Assembly (NCBI GenBank): GCA_963817895.1
Contig: CAWFQB010000011.1
Span: forward strand, 192,001-256,000
DNA length: 64,000 nt
DNA from: an uncultured Chthonomonadaceae bacterium
GTDB taxonomy: Bacteria; Armatimonadota; Chthonomonadetes; Chthonomonadales; Chthonomonadaceae
Reading direction: 5' to 3'
The notes under the pieces are model-generated. The model searched no databases. It was not told the DNA's origin and was given only the letters and a program-made list of their open reading frames with translations. This document shows, in pieces, positions 29,788 to 39,545 of this stretch (position 1 is the first letter of the stretch; every line of letters begins with the position of its first letter). The position numbers and the translations under genes were made by a program.

Positions 29788-30492
29788 ATGGCTACGTTCT
29801 TACATAAAATTGGGCATCGGGGTACGCCCCGCGAGTTTCCCGCCAACACCATGCGCGGATTTCAGCGGGCTGTCGAACACGGCTGTACGATGGTGGAGTG
29901 TGACGTTCGGCAGGCCGCCGACGGTGTTCTGGTTCTGGCGCATGATCCTCATGTTACGGATGTGGACGGCAGAACGTTTGTTGTCGCGGAAACAGCAAGC
30001 GCGGAGTTGCAAAGTCTGAATCTCGGGGCAGGAGAGGGTGTGCCGCGTCTGGAGGAACTGGCAATATGGGCGGCGGGACATTGCGGGGTCATGGTGGACA
30101 TGAAGTGTGAGGGGAATGGCGTGGAAGAGGGTATTGTTGCCGCATTGCGCCATTTGGAAATGGACGCGAAAGTGGTTCCGGGCGCGGGAAGCGCCAGTCG
30201 CGCCCGCTTCCGCGAAGTTGATTCCACCCTGCCCCTGTCCCTTACGTTGAGCAACGATGACGCACTACTGGTAGAGCCGGAGAATTGGCAAATGCTGCTT
30301 GCCAATCTGGACACAAACGCGGTCACATGGCACCATTCGCTGCTGAACGCGGAACGCATTTCACAACTTCACGATTACAATGTTATCGTCTACGCCTGGA
30401 CTGTGGACGACCTGCCGACTATGCGCCGCCTGCTGAGTGATGGAGTTGACGGCATCATCAGCAACCGCGCCGATTTGCTTGCCTCCTTATAA
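29788..30492 (+). CDS. Glycerophosphodiester phosphodiesterase
   Basis: Motifs IGHRG, PANT, VECDV, LAHD, AWTVD and GVDGIISNR. Confidence 0.9.
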   Translation: MATFLHKIGHRGTPREFPANTMRGFQRAVEHGCTMVECDVRQAADGVLVLAHDPHVTDVDGRTFVVAETASAELQSLNLGAGEGVPRLEELAIWAAGHCGVMVDMKCEGNGVEEGIVAALRHLEMDAKVVPGAGSASRARFREVDSTLPLSLTLSNDDALLVEPENWQMLLANLDTNAVTWHHSLLNAERISQLHDYNVIVYAWTVDDLPTMRRLLSDGVDGIISNRADLLASL

Positions 30493-30499
30493 ATAAGGA

Positions 30500-31524
30500 T
30501 TATTCTTCTTCGGCGCGGGGGTGGGCTTTGGCGTAGACTTCCTTCATGCGCTCGGTGGATGACGTGCGTATAGATTTGCGTGGTGATGAGATGGGCGTGT
30601 CCGAGCAGTTCCTGCACGGCGCGAATGTCGGCGCCGTGATTGAGCAGGTGCGTGGCGAAGGAGTGGCGCATGGTGTGCGGCGTGGTTTTCAGGCGTTCGG
30701 AGGCGAGGCGGAAATACTTGTCGAAAGTGCGGCGTATGCCCCGGTCGGAAAGCCTGCGCCCGAACTTGTTGAGGAATACGGCGGGGTCGGGCTTGCCCTC
30801 GTTGTGCGCGGCAAGTATGGGGCGTCCATGTTCGCAGATACTCGCGCATCGTTTGCACAGCGATCGCGCCCATCATGGCGACGCGCTCCTTGTCGCCCTT
30901 GCCGTGCCGGATGCGAATTTCAGCTTCGTCCAAATCCATATCCTGCACATCCAGGTCGTGCGCTTCGCCCGCCCGCATCCCCGACGCATACAGCAGTTCC
31001 ATCAGGGCGCGGTCGCGCAGGCCGTCGGGCGAATCATCCGGGCGATTCCAGCAGGGTTTCCACTTCCGGTTCGCGCAGGAACTTGACAAGCCGCTCTTCC
31101 TGCTTGATGGTGACAACGCCAATAGTCGGGTCGTTCTGCATATAGCCCTGCCGCTGCGCCCACCGCGAAAACGCGCGCAGGGACGCCAGTTTGCGGGCGA
31201 GCGAGGTGCGCTTGTAATCGCCCTGCTGCAAGTCGGTCAGAAACGCGCGGACATGCGCCCGCTCCACGCGATGCAGTGCGCCCGGCCCGAGTTCCCCGTT
31301 GGTTTCCACATAGCCCAGAAACTGCGCGATGTCGGCCCGGTACGCTCGCACGGTATGCGCGGAAGCGTTTTTGCCAGTTTCAGAAACTGCAGAAAGCCGT
31401 CCAGAACATCGTTCAGCGCCGCGCTCAGGGCCGGTTCCGTCAGCGGCTTGTCCCGCCCGCTCGTGTTGAACGTCGGTTCTGTCAGATCCAGATCAAGTTC
31501 CAGCGTATCCTGCGCGTCGGCCAT
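30500..31524 (-). CDS. xerC: XerC/XerD tyrosine recombinase, multiple frameshifts
   Basis: [58 protein letters not shown] and TTQIYTH occur across four ORFs. Confidence 0.85.
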
Positions 31525-31561
31525 ACATATCTCCCAGATCAGGGTGTTAGTTGTCAGGTTG

Positions 31562-32067
31562 TTAGGTGTGCCTGCTTCTCTGCTTCCATCGCCTAACGCC
31601 AGGGCATGTTTTCCTGATGCCTGATGCCTTCACTGCTTTGCCTGCTGGCGGCGCTGCAGTTCGGCTTCTTCGGCGGCGGCGAGGTCGGCTTCGGTGGCGC
31701 GGGCAGGATTCTTCTGCTGCGTGCGGCTTTGCTCCTGCCGGGGCCATATCTTTGACGGCGACGAGAACCGTGTAGCGCAGGCGGAAATCGCGCTCCTGCG
31801 CGGTCAGCCGGTTGCGGCCTTCTTCGGAAAGCCCGTCCAGCCAGCGGGTTTTCATCGTTTCCTGCACATCATGGTGGCGGATGGCAACGGCTTCGGTCAG
31901 GCGTCCAATTCGATCTCGACGGCCGCCTCGTCCGTCGCATACACTTTCTGCACCACTCCCGTCAGTCCGCGAAAATGATTGAAAAACAGACTGGATTTTA
32001 CGTCGTCTGCGGTGGCGGCGCGATCCGCGATTTGAACGCGATCACCCTCTTTGAATGTCGTTGCCAT
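31562..32067 (-). CDS. Conserved-looking hypothetical protein with an SH3/KOW-like N-terminus, frameshifted
   Basis: RBS AGGAG, then MATTFKEGDRVQI...GLTGVVQKVY. It continues in ORF 31562..31867 (WLDGLSEEGRNRLT). The 3' end is uncertain. Confidence 0.6.
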
Positions 32068-32148
32068 ATGTTGTCTCCTGCAATGTCGTCCTGTTGTTGA
32101 TGTTTGTTGATAGTAGTATACCCTGTTATGCGGCCGTAGCAAGCAGAT

Positions 32149-33249
32149 TCATGGACTGACCAGCGTCATTGCCAGAACTTCAGTGACGAGCGCGACGTTG
32201 GCGTTGGCGTCCAGGCGGCGGCGGGCAGGAGAAGGGCGTCCAGGCAGCGCATCCAGCGTTCGGGCGCGAGAGCGTGCCAGACGTGACAAGCGTCTGAACG
32301 CGATCCTGATTGACGACATGGACGCTGCCTGCGCCCGCGCTCAGAGTGAGCAGGTCGCGATAAAAGGCGACGAGCAGATCGAAGACGGCGGCCTGCTGTC
32401 GCGTCCCGCCCGCTCTTTGCCGCGTTCCGCCCTCCCTCGTCACTGTCGCCAGCGGGTTCTTCCCCGACAAGGGCTTTGGTCTGCGCGGCCAGTTTGCGCA
32501 TCTGTTCGGCGAGTCTCAGGGCGCGAACACGCGGGGCGTCCGGCAGTTGCTCGGCAAAGTCCAGAACGCGCGCGATCTCCTCGCCGACGCGGGCATCTTG
32601 CGCCATCTGCACGGCCTGCCCGATGCGGCCTTCGGCATACGCGGCCAGCATCGCGGCGCGGGCGGGTTCCACGCCAGCGTTGTCGCGCAGATATGCGCCA
32701 GGTCTTCGGTTCGGGAGCGGGCGCAGGCGAATCACCTGACTGCGGGACACAATGGTCGGGCAGGACGCGGGCGGGGTGGGTGGCGAGCAGGATGAACAGG
32801 GCGTAGGGCGGCGGCTCTTCCAGCACTTTGAGCAGGCTGTTGGCGGCGGATTCGTTGAGCGTTTCGGCCTGTTCCAGAATGTACACGCGGCGTTTGCCGA
32901 TCTGGGGCGCGAAGTTGAGCGTGTGCGAAAGAATGCCCTGCGGCTTGTTGTCCCGATCCCAGAACTGCCAGATTTGCATCTGCTCGCCGGCGGGATAAAT
33001 GGTGGCGATTTCCGGCTGCGTCCCCGCTTCCATGCGCCGGCACGACTCGCATTCCCGCAGGCGTCGAACGGGTGCATGGCGCGGCGTCAGGCAGGCGACC
33101 GCCTGCGCGAACGCCCGCGCCAGCGCGCCTTTGCCGACGCCCGCCGGCCCGGCAAACAGATAGGTTCCGGGCAGTTGCTCGGCTTCCAGCGCCTTGCGCA
33201 GCGCGCCGATGGCCGCTTCCTGCCCAAACAAGGAGGAGAGAGTAGGCAT
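32149..33249 (-). CDS. holB: DNA polymerase III subunit delta-prime, multiple frameshifts
   Basis: GQEAAI, YLFAGPAGVGK, a zinc-site remnant CESCR, SAANSLLKVLEEPP, PTIVSRSQ and a C-terminal NVALVTE. Confidence 0.88.
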
Positions 33250-33350
33250 GGTATTCGGTATTCGGTATTCGGTGTTCGGTACTACTTGAGGCTGCATAAT
33301 GAGAGTAAATTGCTATCTGTTATACTCCCGAACACCGAATACCGAATACC
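33250..33350. repeat. Inverted pair of 7-bp-unit arrays (GGTATTC)n / (GAATACC)n
   Basis: GGTATTCGGTATTCGGTATTCGGTGTTCGG...CCGAACACCGAATACCGAATACC fills the gap between the aldo/keto reductase and holB. Confidence 0.85.
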
Positions 33351-33351
33351 G

Positions 33352-34344
33352 CTACGCAAGCGCCTCCTCAATGGCTTTGAGCGTGTCTTTGTCCAGCGTG
33401 ACGCCGGACGCGCCCGCGTTGTCTTCCACCTGCGAGGGCTTGCTGGCCCCGATGATGACGCTGGACACGTTCGGCTGGCGCAGACACCAGGCGAGGGCGA
33501 GTTGGGGCATGGACAGGCCCAAGCCCTCCGCGATGGGAACCAGTTTCTGCACCTTTTCCAGCTGCGCCTGATCCGCCAGTTTGCCGTCTTCCATTTCATG
33601 AAACATGTTCTGTTTGGGGTCGGCGGCGCGGCTGTCGGCGGGAACCGGCTGGCCGGGCTTGTACTTGCCCGTGAGAACGCCCTGCGCGAGCGGCGAATAC
33701 ACGATCTGCCCGATGCCCTCGCGCTCACACGTCGGAATCACGGCTCTTTTCCAGGTCGCGCCCGAGCATGTTGTAGTAGGGCTGGCTGGACACGAAGCGG
33801 TCGAGGTTGTGCGTCTCCTGAAACTTGACCGCATCCGCGATTTGCGGCGCGCTCCACTGGCTGAAGCCGATGTACAGAACTTTGCCCTGCGAAACCAGAT
33901 CATCGAGGGCGCGCAGCGTCTCTTCCAGCGGCGTTTCGGTGTCGTAGCGGTGGCACTGGTACAGGTCAATGTAGTCCATGCCCAGGCGCTTCAGACTGGC
34001 CTCGCACTGCTCCATGATGTGCTTGCGCGACAGCCCCTGATTGTTGGGCATCGGCCCGTCGTTCATCGGAAAGTACACTTTGGTCGCCACGACGTAGCGT
34101 ATCGCGGGGATATTTGCTCAAGGCGCGTCCCGACTACGTCTTCGCTTTTGCCCCGCGCATACACATTGGCGGTATCGAAAAAGTTGATGCCCAGTTCATA
34201 CGCGCGGTCAATGCACGCTTCCGCGGTCTGGTCTTCGGTCGCGTTGCCGAACGTCAGCCAACTGCCCAGACAAACCTCGCTCACTTTCAAGCCGCTCGCG
34301 CCCAATCGCCGGTATTGCATTTTCTTTGTGGTATCGGAAGTCAT
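33352..34344 (-). CDS. Aldo/keto reductase (Kv-beta/Tas-like), two frameshifts
   Basis: Motifs YRRLGASGLKVSEVCLGSW, FFDTANVY, ATKV, SLKRLGMDYIDLYQCH, YSPLAQGVLTGKY and QLALAW. Confidence 0.9.
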
Positions 34345-34406
34345 TTCGTGATCGCCCCTTCTGTTGAGTAGTTTAGCTTGCTACGGCGTTGTGGCGATTT
34401 GGTTCC

Positions 34407-34931
34407 TTATATGCGGGAAGCGTCTGCCAGAACCTGGCGTATATTGTTCATGGAAATGAACAGCAGCGATTCTCCATAAGGGTGTGGTTCAAAACCGTAC
34501 CTGTCGTAAAGACGTTTTCCTTCAGCGGTGTAGGAAAGCTGCATACCTGCAATTCCAAGCAGAGCCGAGGCGGTGTTTACAATATGAAGGGCTTCAAGCA
34601 GCAAGTAATCTCCAATTCCCTGTCCGCGATACTGGATGTGACGGGCAAGACAGACAAGTTCCGCGACGGGTATGATGTGCTGCCCGATATAGTTTTCTGA
34701 GTGAAGATAATACGAGTCGGCGCGAAGCGTAATGTAACCGGCTACAGCAGAGGAAGATATTGCTGGATCGAGGAGAACAAAAGTGCGTGATAGATCGCGC
34801 TTTGCTTCGTCCAAAGCATTCTCCTGAAGGAAGAAGTTCAGATAAGAGTTCTGAGAATCGAATTGCGCAACATCATGCTGTTCAGAAAGCGTTTCAAAAC
34901 GATAGCGCTCCTGTGTGGTTCGCATATCCAT
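34407..34931 (-). CDS. GNAT acetyltransferase toxin (TacT/AtaT-like)
   Basis: HDVAQFDS...LNFFL, VAGYITL, LARHIQYRGQGIGDYLL and LYDRYGF. The gene has lower GC than its flanks. Confidence 0.8.
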   Translation of the reverse strand: MDMRTTQERYRFETLSEQHDVAQFDSQNSYLNFFLQENALDEAKRDLSRTFVLLDPAISSSAVAGYITLRADSYYLHSENYIGQHIIPVAELVCLARHIQYRGQGIGDYLLLEALHIVNTASALLGIAGMQLSYTAEGKRLYDRYGFEPHPYGESLLFISMNNIRQVLADASRI

Positions 34932-34934
34932 AGG

Positions 34935-35147
34935 TTATGGTAATTTCTCGGCTTTGATTTGCTTGTAGTTCTCAATGGCCTGTTTCATTGCGGGCGTCAA
35001 AGGTTTCGCCGGTTCCGAGAGGTATTTAAGGAGAGCTTCTGATTGCTCTTTATTGAGTATGATAGGTCCAACCGGCGCAGGCATATTGGGCGGTGTTGGG
35101 GGAACAGCAGGCGGTTCGCTTGTAATTTCGCGCTCTTTGATTGCCAT
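34935..35147 (-). CDS. DUF1778 (TacA)-like antitoxin, short form
   Basis: IILNKEQSEALLKYLSEPAKPLTPAMKQA resembles the TacA C-terminus. It lies 3 bp upstream of the GNAT gene and has RBS AAGGAG. Confidence 0.7.
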   Translation of the reverse strand: MAIKEREITSEPPAVPPTPPNMPAPVGPIILNKEQSEALLKYLSEPAKPLTPAMKQAIENYKQIKAEKLP

Positions 35148-35173
35148 GATGAAACTCCTTAATTTGTTGTTTT

Positions 35174-35202
35174 ATTGTATCGGCAAGCCAGCTTTTTGTC
35201 AA
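35174..35202 (-). promoter_or_regulatory. Sigma-70 type promoter of the GNAT toxin-antitoxin operon
   Basis: On the minus strand TTGACA-17 bp-TACAAT, 26 bp before the antitoxin ATG. Confidence 0.65.
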
Positions 35203-35232
35203 GATAAGCAAGACTGAAATGAGAAACACGTT

Positions 35233-36189
35233 TTAACCCTGAACAGCATGAGGCAAGGTTCTTCCTTGAATACCGGCAACAAGGTTTTCCGCCGCGAGAA
35301 CAGCCATTTTAGTTCGGGTGGCAATAGACGCGGAACCGATGTGCGGCAGCAAAACAACATTGTCCAGCGCGCAAAGGGGATCGTCGGGCGGCAGCGGTTC
35401 CACATTGAACACGTCCAAACCGGCTCCCGCAATTTGATGATTACGCAATGCGTTCACGAGCGCGGCAGTATCTACAACCGGGCCGCGCGCCGTGTTGATG
35501 AGCATGGCGGACGGCTTCATTCGCGCCAGTTGTTCCACGCCGATGAGGTGACGGGTTTCCGGTGTCAGGGGCGCGTGGAGGGATACGAAATCGCTTTCAG
35601 AAAGCAACGTGTTCAGGTCTACGCGCTTCGCGCCGAAATCCTGTTCCACATCCGGGTGCGGTGAACGGCTGGAATACAGCAGGTTCATTTGAAAGCCATG
35701 CGCCCGCCGCGCCATCTCGTACCCGATGCGCCCCATACCGACGATGCCTAATGTGGCGTGATGAATGTCCGGCCCGACGAGCAGCATGGGCGACCACGTT
35801 TGCCACTGTCCCGCCCGCAAAAAGCGTTCGGCCTCGACAACCCGCCGCGCCGTCGCCAATAGCAGGGCAAACGCAAGGTCAGCGGTCGTTTCCGTCAGCA
35901 CTCCGGGCGTATTGCCCACAGCGATATTCCGCGCCCGACACGCCGCCACATCTATATTATCCACGCCAACCGCCATCTGACTGACCACGCGCAGACGAGG
36001 CGCATTGTCCAGCAGTTCACCGTCAATCTTATCCGTGAGCAGGCATAACAAACCGTCCACGCCACGAATTTTCTCCCGCAAAACCTCCCGCGGAACCGGC
36101 CTGTCTTCGTCCCATACTTCCATCTCCGCCGCTTGTCGTATAATGTTCAATGCTTCGTTTGGCAACTGTCGCGTAATATAAACTTTCAT
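35233..36189 (-). CDS. D-glycerate dehydrogenase / glyoxylate reductase (D-2-hydroxyacid dehydrogenase)
   Basis: Motifs AVGVDNID, NTPGVLTETTAD, GIVGMGRIG, LINTARG, GLDVF and PHIGSA. Confidence 0.9.
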   Translation of the reverse strand: MKVYITRQLPNEALNIIRQAAEMEVWDEDRPVPREVLREKIRGVDGLLCLLTDKIDGELLDNAPRLRVVSQMAVGVDNIDVAACRARNIAVGNTPGVLTETTADLAFALLLATARRVVEAERFLRAGQWQTWSPMLLVGPDIHHATLGIVGMGRIGYEMARRAHGFQMNLLYSSRSPHPDVEQDFGAKRVDLNTLLSESDFVSLHAPLTPETRHLIGVEQLARMKPSAMLINTARGPVVDTAALVNALRNHQIAGAGLDVFNVEPLPPDDPLCALDNVVLLPHIGSASIATRTKMAVLAAENLVAGIQGRTLPHAVQG

Positions 36190-36199
36190 CGGTATTTTT

Positions 36200-36273
36200 C
36201 TGTGAAGCCTCTGTGTCTCTGTGTTTCTGTGGTGAGGATGTATTCGCGTGTATTCGCGTTGATTTGCGGCTAA
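36200..36273. repeat. Two adjacent short-unit repeat arms: (CTCTGTG) family, then (TATTCGCG) family
   Basis: CTGTGAAGCCTCTGTGTCTCTGTGTTTCTGTGGTGA followed by TATTCGCGTGTATTCGCGTTGATTTGCGGCTAA. Confidence 0.8.
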
Positions 36274-36286
36274 ATCTCTCCGGCTT

Positions 36287-37087
36287 TCAGTATCTTGGCG
36301 TACCCGATTGCGCGGCAGAATCGCCAATCACCGCTTGAGACGCGCTGCGGGCGGCTTCCAGCATAAAGCCGAGTTCGCTGCTGATGGCGAGGAAGCGCCA
36401 GCCCTCCTCAATCCTGCGCTGCGCGGTTTGCGCGTTGGAAACGTGGATGCCGGGGGCAATGTTGCAATGGTTGGCGGTGGTTCGTAGATGCAGAAGCGCG
36501 TCCAGAAAGGCCGGGTCTTGCGAGTCCATACTGGACGTTTTGTGCATGGAGGAGAGGAGATCGTTGGGGCCGACGAACATGCCGTCAATGCCGGGAACCG
36601 CGAAAATCTGTTCGCAGTTTTCCACCGCCTGTATATGTTCCGCTTGCACAATCACCAGAATCTCGTCATTGGCGCGGGAAAAATATTCCGGCGCGCTGCA
36701 ATTAAAGTTAAGCGTATGCAACGCCCCCCCGATGCTACGCTCTCCATACGGCGGGTATTTACACGCGGCAACCGCCCGTTCCGCCTCTTCGACCGTATTG
36801 CACATCGGGAACACGATGCCATACGCGCCCGCGTCCAGAACGCGCTTGACGTTTTCCAGACTGTTGAACGGGATGCGGGCAAGGGGAATACCGCCCGCTT
36901 CGGCAATCGAGCCGAATATCTGCGCCGCAACCGACCAGTCTACGGGCGTATGCTCCATATCCAGCGTAAGCCAGTGGAACCCGGAGCGGGTCATAAAGCG
37001 GGCGGCGAGCGGACTGGCAAGCGACAGCCAGGTTCCAATCTGCGTCTGTCCGTCGCGCAGTGCGGCTTTCACCGTGTTGGTACGCAT
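36287..37087 (-). CDS. HpcH/HpaI family aldolase
   Basis: Motifs TLDMEH, KRVLDAGAYGIVFP, KYPPYGERS, IVQAEH and FVGPNDL. Confidence 0.9.
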   Translation of the reverse strand: MRTNTVKAALRDGQTQIGTWLSLASPLAARFMTRSGFHWLTLDMEHTPVDWSVAAQIFGSIAEAGGIPLARIPFNSLENVKRVLDAGAYGIVFPMCNTVEEAERAVAACKYPPYGERSIGGALHTLNFNCSAPEYFSRANDEILVIVQAEHIQAVENCEQIFAVPGIDGMFVGPNDLLSSMHKTSSMDSQDPAFLDALLHLRTTANHCNIAPGIHVSNAQTAQRRIEEGWRFLAISSELGFMLEAARSASQAVIGDSAAQSGTPRY

Positions 37088-37112
37088 AATAAGGGTTCTC
37101 CAGAGGTTGAAA

Positions 37113-37145
37113 TTAGCCGCGAATGAACGCGAATACACGCGAATA
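37113..37145. repeat. Inverted partner of the 36241-36273 repeat arm
   Basis: TTAGCCGCGAATGAACGCGAATACACGCGAATA matches the reverse complement of 36241-36273 at 31/33 positions. Confidence 0.85.
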
Positions 37146-37150
37146 AAATG

Positions 37151-38161
37151 CTAAGATGTTTTCAGGCGCAACGCAGGGGATTGCCAAACGGCAGGGTTGC
37201 AAATAGGCGCGTTACGTTCGCCGTTCCACAGGTTCAGGACGTTTTGCACGGTCTGCATACTGGTTGCTAAAGCAGTTTCTCTCGCGTTGAAAGCATTGTG
37301 CGGGGTGAGGACACAGCGCGGGGCGTTGCGCAAGGGATGGTCGGGCGCGAGGGGTTCTTTGGCATATACGTCTAAGGCCGCGCCCGCGATTTGACCGGCT
37401 TCCAGCGCGGTTCGTAAGGCCGTTTCGTCTACCAACGCGCCCCGCGCCGTGTTGACGAGATACGCGGAGGGTTTCATTTGCGCCAATCGTTCCGCATTGA
37501 CCATATTGCGGGTTTCCGGCACATTGGGCGCGTGAAGGGACACGAAATCGCTTTGCGCGAACAATTCATCTAGCGTAACGAATTCCACGTTCGCGAGTTC
37601 CGGCGGCAGCGCGGACTTGTTTGCTTCTAAGGGCGGATCGTAGGCTAGAATCCTCATACTGAATCCGGCAGCGCGACGAGCCACGCCCTGCCCGATTTGC
37701 CCCAATCCGACAAGCCCAAGCGTTTTGCCGCATACGAGTACGCCGGTCAGTTCGCCCCAACCGCCCTTTCGTATCAGCGCGTCGCCTTCGGGAATCTTGC
37801 GGGCGAGACTGAGCAGGAGGGCGAATGTGTAATCGGCAACCGGGTCGGTCATGGAACCCGGACAGTTGGTAATCAAGACTCCGGCTTCGGCGGCGGCTTT
37901 CAAGTCTATGCTGTCAATGCCCACGCCCCACCGCGACACGATTTGCAGGGACGGATTGGACGCGAAGACCTGCGCCGTGTAGCCGTCACTGGACGCGATC
38001 ACGGCATCAAACCCCTCGAGCAGGGGAAGGAGCGTTGCTTCGGGAAGCGGGCCGGGAGTGGGAGTATACACGACTTCAATCCCATTCTCTTTCAGCACGG
38101 CTTCGGCGTGTGTGCCGTGATCCCAAAATGCCCGCGCCGTAATCAGTACCCGTTTTGCCAT
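37151..38161 (-). CDS. Phosphoglycerate dehydrogenase-like D-2-hydroxyacid dehydrogenase
   Basis: Motifs SRWGVGIDSID, GLVGLGQIG, LVNTARG, ALDVY and TPHNA. Confidence 0.88.
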   Translation of the reverse strand: MAKRVLITARAFWDHGTHAEAVLKENGIEVVYTPTPGPLPEATLLPLLEGFDAVIASSDGYTAQVFASNPSLQIVSRWGVGIDSIDLKAAAEAGVLITNCPGSMTDPVADYTFALLLSLARKIPEGDALIRKGGWGELTGVLVCGKTLGLVGLGQIGQGVARRAAGFSMRILAYDPPLEANKSALPPELANVEFVTLDELFAQSDFVSLHAPNVPETRNMVNAERLAQMKPSAYLVNTARGALVDETALRTALEAGQIAGAALDVYAKEPLAPDHPLRNAPRCVLTPHNAFNARETALATSMQTVQNVLNLWNGERNAPICNPAVWQSPALRLKTS

Positions 38162-38429
38162 GCTGTTTGCTCCTCGACGGCAAGGCAAAGTCCGCCTGCC
38201 CCGCAATATGTGGATTATCCCCGTCAAGTTGAACACATCACATAAAAATTCCCTGCCTGATTTTGAATTATTTTTCTGTTTTCATGCGGATTTCATACCC
38301 TCCTTCTATAATAACCACAATCCGCTCACGGATAAGTTCGCTTCCAAACGAAATACAACGCGCAAACGCTTGTTTCCACAGCAAAGACAATCGCAAAGAA
38401 TGACACTCGCAGGAGAGAGGAAGAACATC

Positions 38430-39374
38430 ATGAAATCACGCCGCATGTACGGTGTCTCCGGTTTCGCTTTACTGACGGTTTTGGGGGGAGCGCTATGCGC
38501 AACTCCGGCAATGGCGCAGGAGCCGCAAGACGGCCCGCCGCCCGGACAGGGGCCGCAGGGTGGCCCGCCGCCTCCCGGTGGCGGACCCGGCGGGGGCGGC
38601 TTTGGTCCCGGCGGACAGGGACGACCGGGCGGGCCGGGGCAGGGGATGCGACCGGGGGGAATGAATCAGCCGCCGATGAACGTCACGCATATTCCCCTTG
38701 ACGTGTTGACCTCGGAACTAACGCTGACCGGAACGCAGAAGGATAAAATCGCGCAACTGCAAAAGCAGTTCATGCAGCAGGCGCGGCCCCCGCAGCCACA
38801 ACAGGATGGACAGGCGGGAAGTCCCCCCGACCCGGAAGCGATGCGCGCCCGCATGGACAAAATTCGCGCGCTGGATCAGAACACGACCCGGCAGATCGAA
38901 AACGTGCTGACGCCCGCGCAGAAGCAGGGATTGCCCGCTCTGGTCAAAACGCTGGAGGGTCTGCGTTCGGCGCGTATCCCGCTGGAAGTGGTTGGCGACC
39001 TGCATTTGACGGCAGATCAAAAACAGCAGTTGTCCGCGCTGACTGGCCGAATGGATGCGCAAAACCCGCAGCGGCAGCAGGAGGGCGATCAGGCGCGGCG
39101 CAACGGGCAGTTCGGCGCAACCCGCAATGTGGGCGGGCAGCAGGGCCAACTTCACGAGAAAGCGATGGCGCTTCTGACGGCGGAACAGCGCAAGACGGTA
39201 ACGGACTTCATGCAGAAGCATCCGCGCCCGCAGGGCGGGCCGGGATTTGGCCCTCCTCCTGGTGGTCCGGGTGGTCAGGGCGGCCCGGACATGCCTCCGC
39301 CTCCCGGTGGCCCCGGCGGTGAAGGTGGTCAGGGTGGCCCGCCTCCGCCTCCGCCCGGTGAACCGGAAGGTTAA
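38430..39374 (+). CDS. Exported Spy/CpxP-like protein with LTxxQ repeats and Gly/Pro-rich termini
   Basis: Signal peptide ending AMA. LTGTQ, LTPAQ, LTADQ and LTAEQ motifs. Confidence 0.7.
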   Translation: MKSRRMYGVSGFALLTVLGGALCATPAMAQEPQDGPPPGQGPQGGPPPPGGGPGGGGFGPGGQGRPGGPGQGMRPGGMNQPPMNVTHIPLDVLTSELTLTGTQKDKIAQLQKQFMQQARPPQPQQDGQAGSPPDPEAMRARMDKIRALDQNTTRQIENVLTPAQKQGLPALVKTLEGLRSARIPLEVVGDLHLTADQKQQLSALTGRMDAQNPQRQQEGDQARRNGQFGATRNVGGQQGQLHEKAMALLTAEQRKTVTDFMQKHPRPQGGPGFGPPPGGPGGQGGPDMPPPPGGPGGEGGQGGPPPPPPGEPEG

Positions 39375-39382
39375 TCGCGTTC

Positions 39383-39532
39383 TTGTCTTGAACCATGATT
39401 GGGCATGATTTCGATGATTAACATGATTGAGGAGGCGCGTCTACGTCTGTTTTTCTCAACCATGCCAACTCTATATGAGCAGGCATCATCATGGTAATCA
39501 TCGAAATCATGCCCAATCATGGTTCAAGACAA
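39383..39532. repeat. 150-bp palindromic element, copy 1
   Basis: 45-bp arms TTGTCTTGAACCATGATTGGGCATGATTTCGATGATTAACATGAT with one mismatch. A related copy is at 45503. Confidence 0.9.
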
Positions 39533-39545
39533 ACAGGAGACTATT

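Noticed and set aside
30500..31524. Prophage or island integrase
   Set aside because: The sequence and housekeeping context near holB fit chromosomal XerC/XerD. No phage genes, att sites or tRNA lie nearby.
30500..34344. Programmed frameshifting or true pseudogenes in the Xer recombinase, holB and the aldo/keto reductase
   Set aside because: There are several scattered indels per gene with no consistent slippery motif, and holB is normally essential. Assembly error is more likely.
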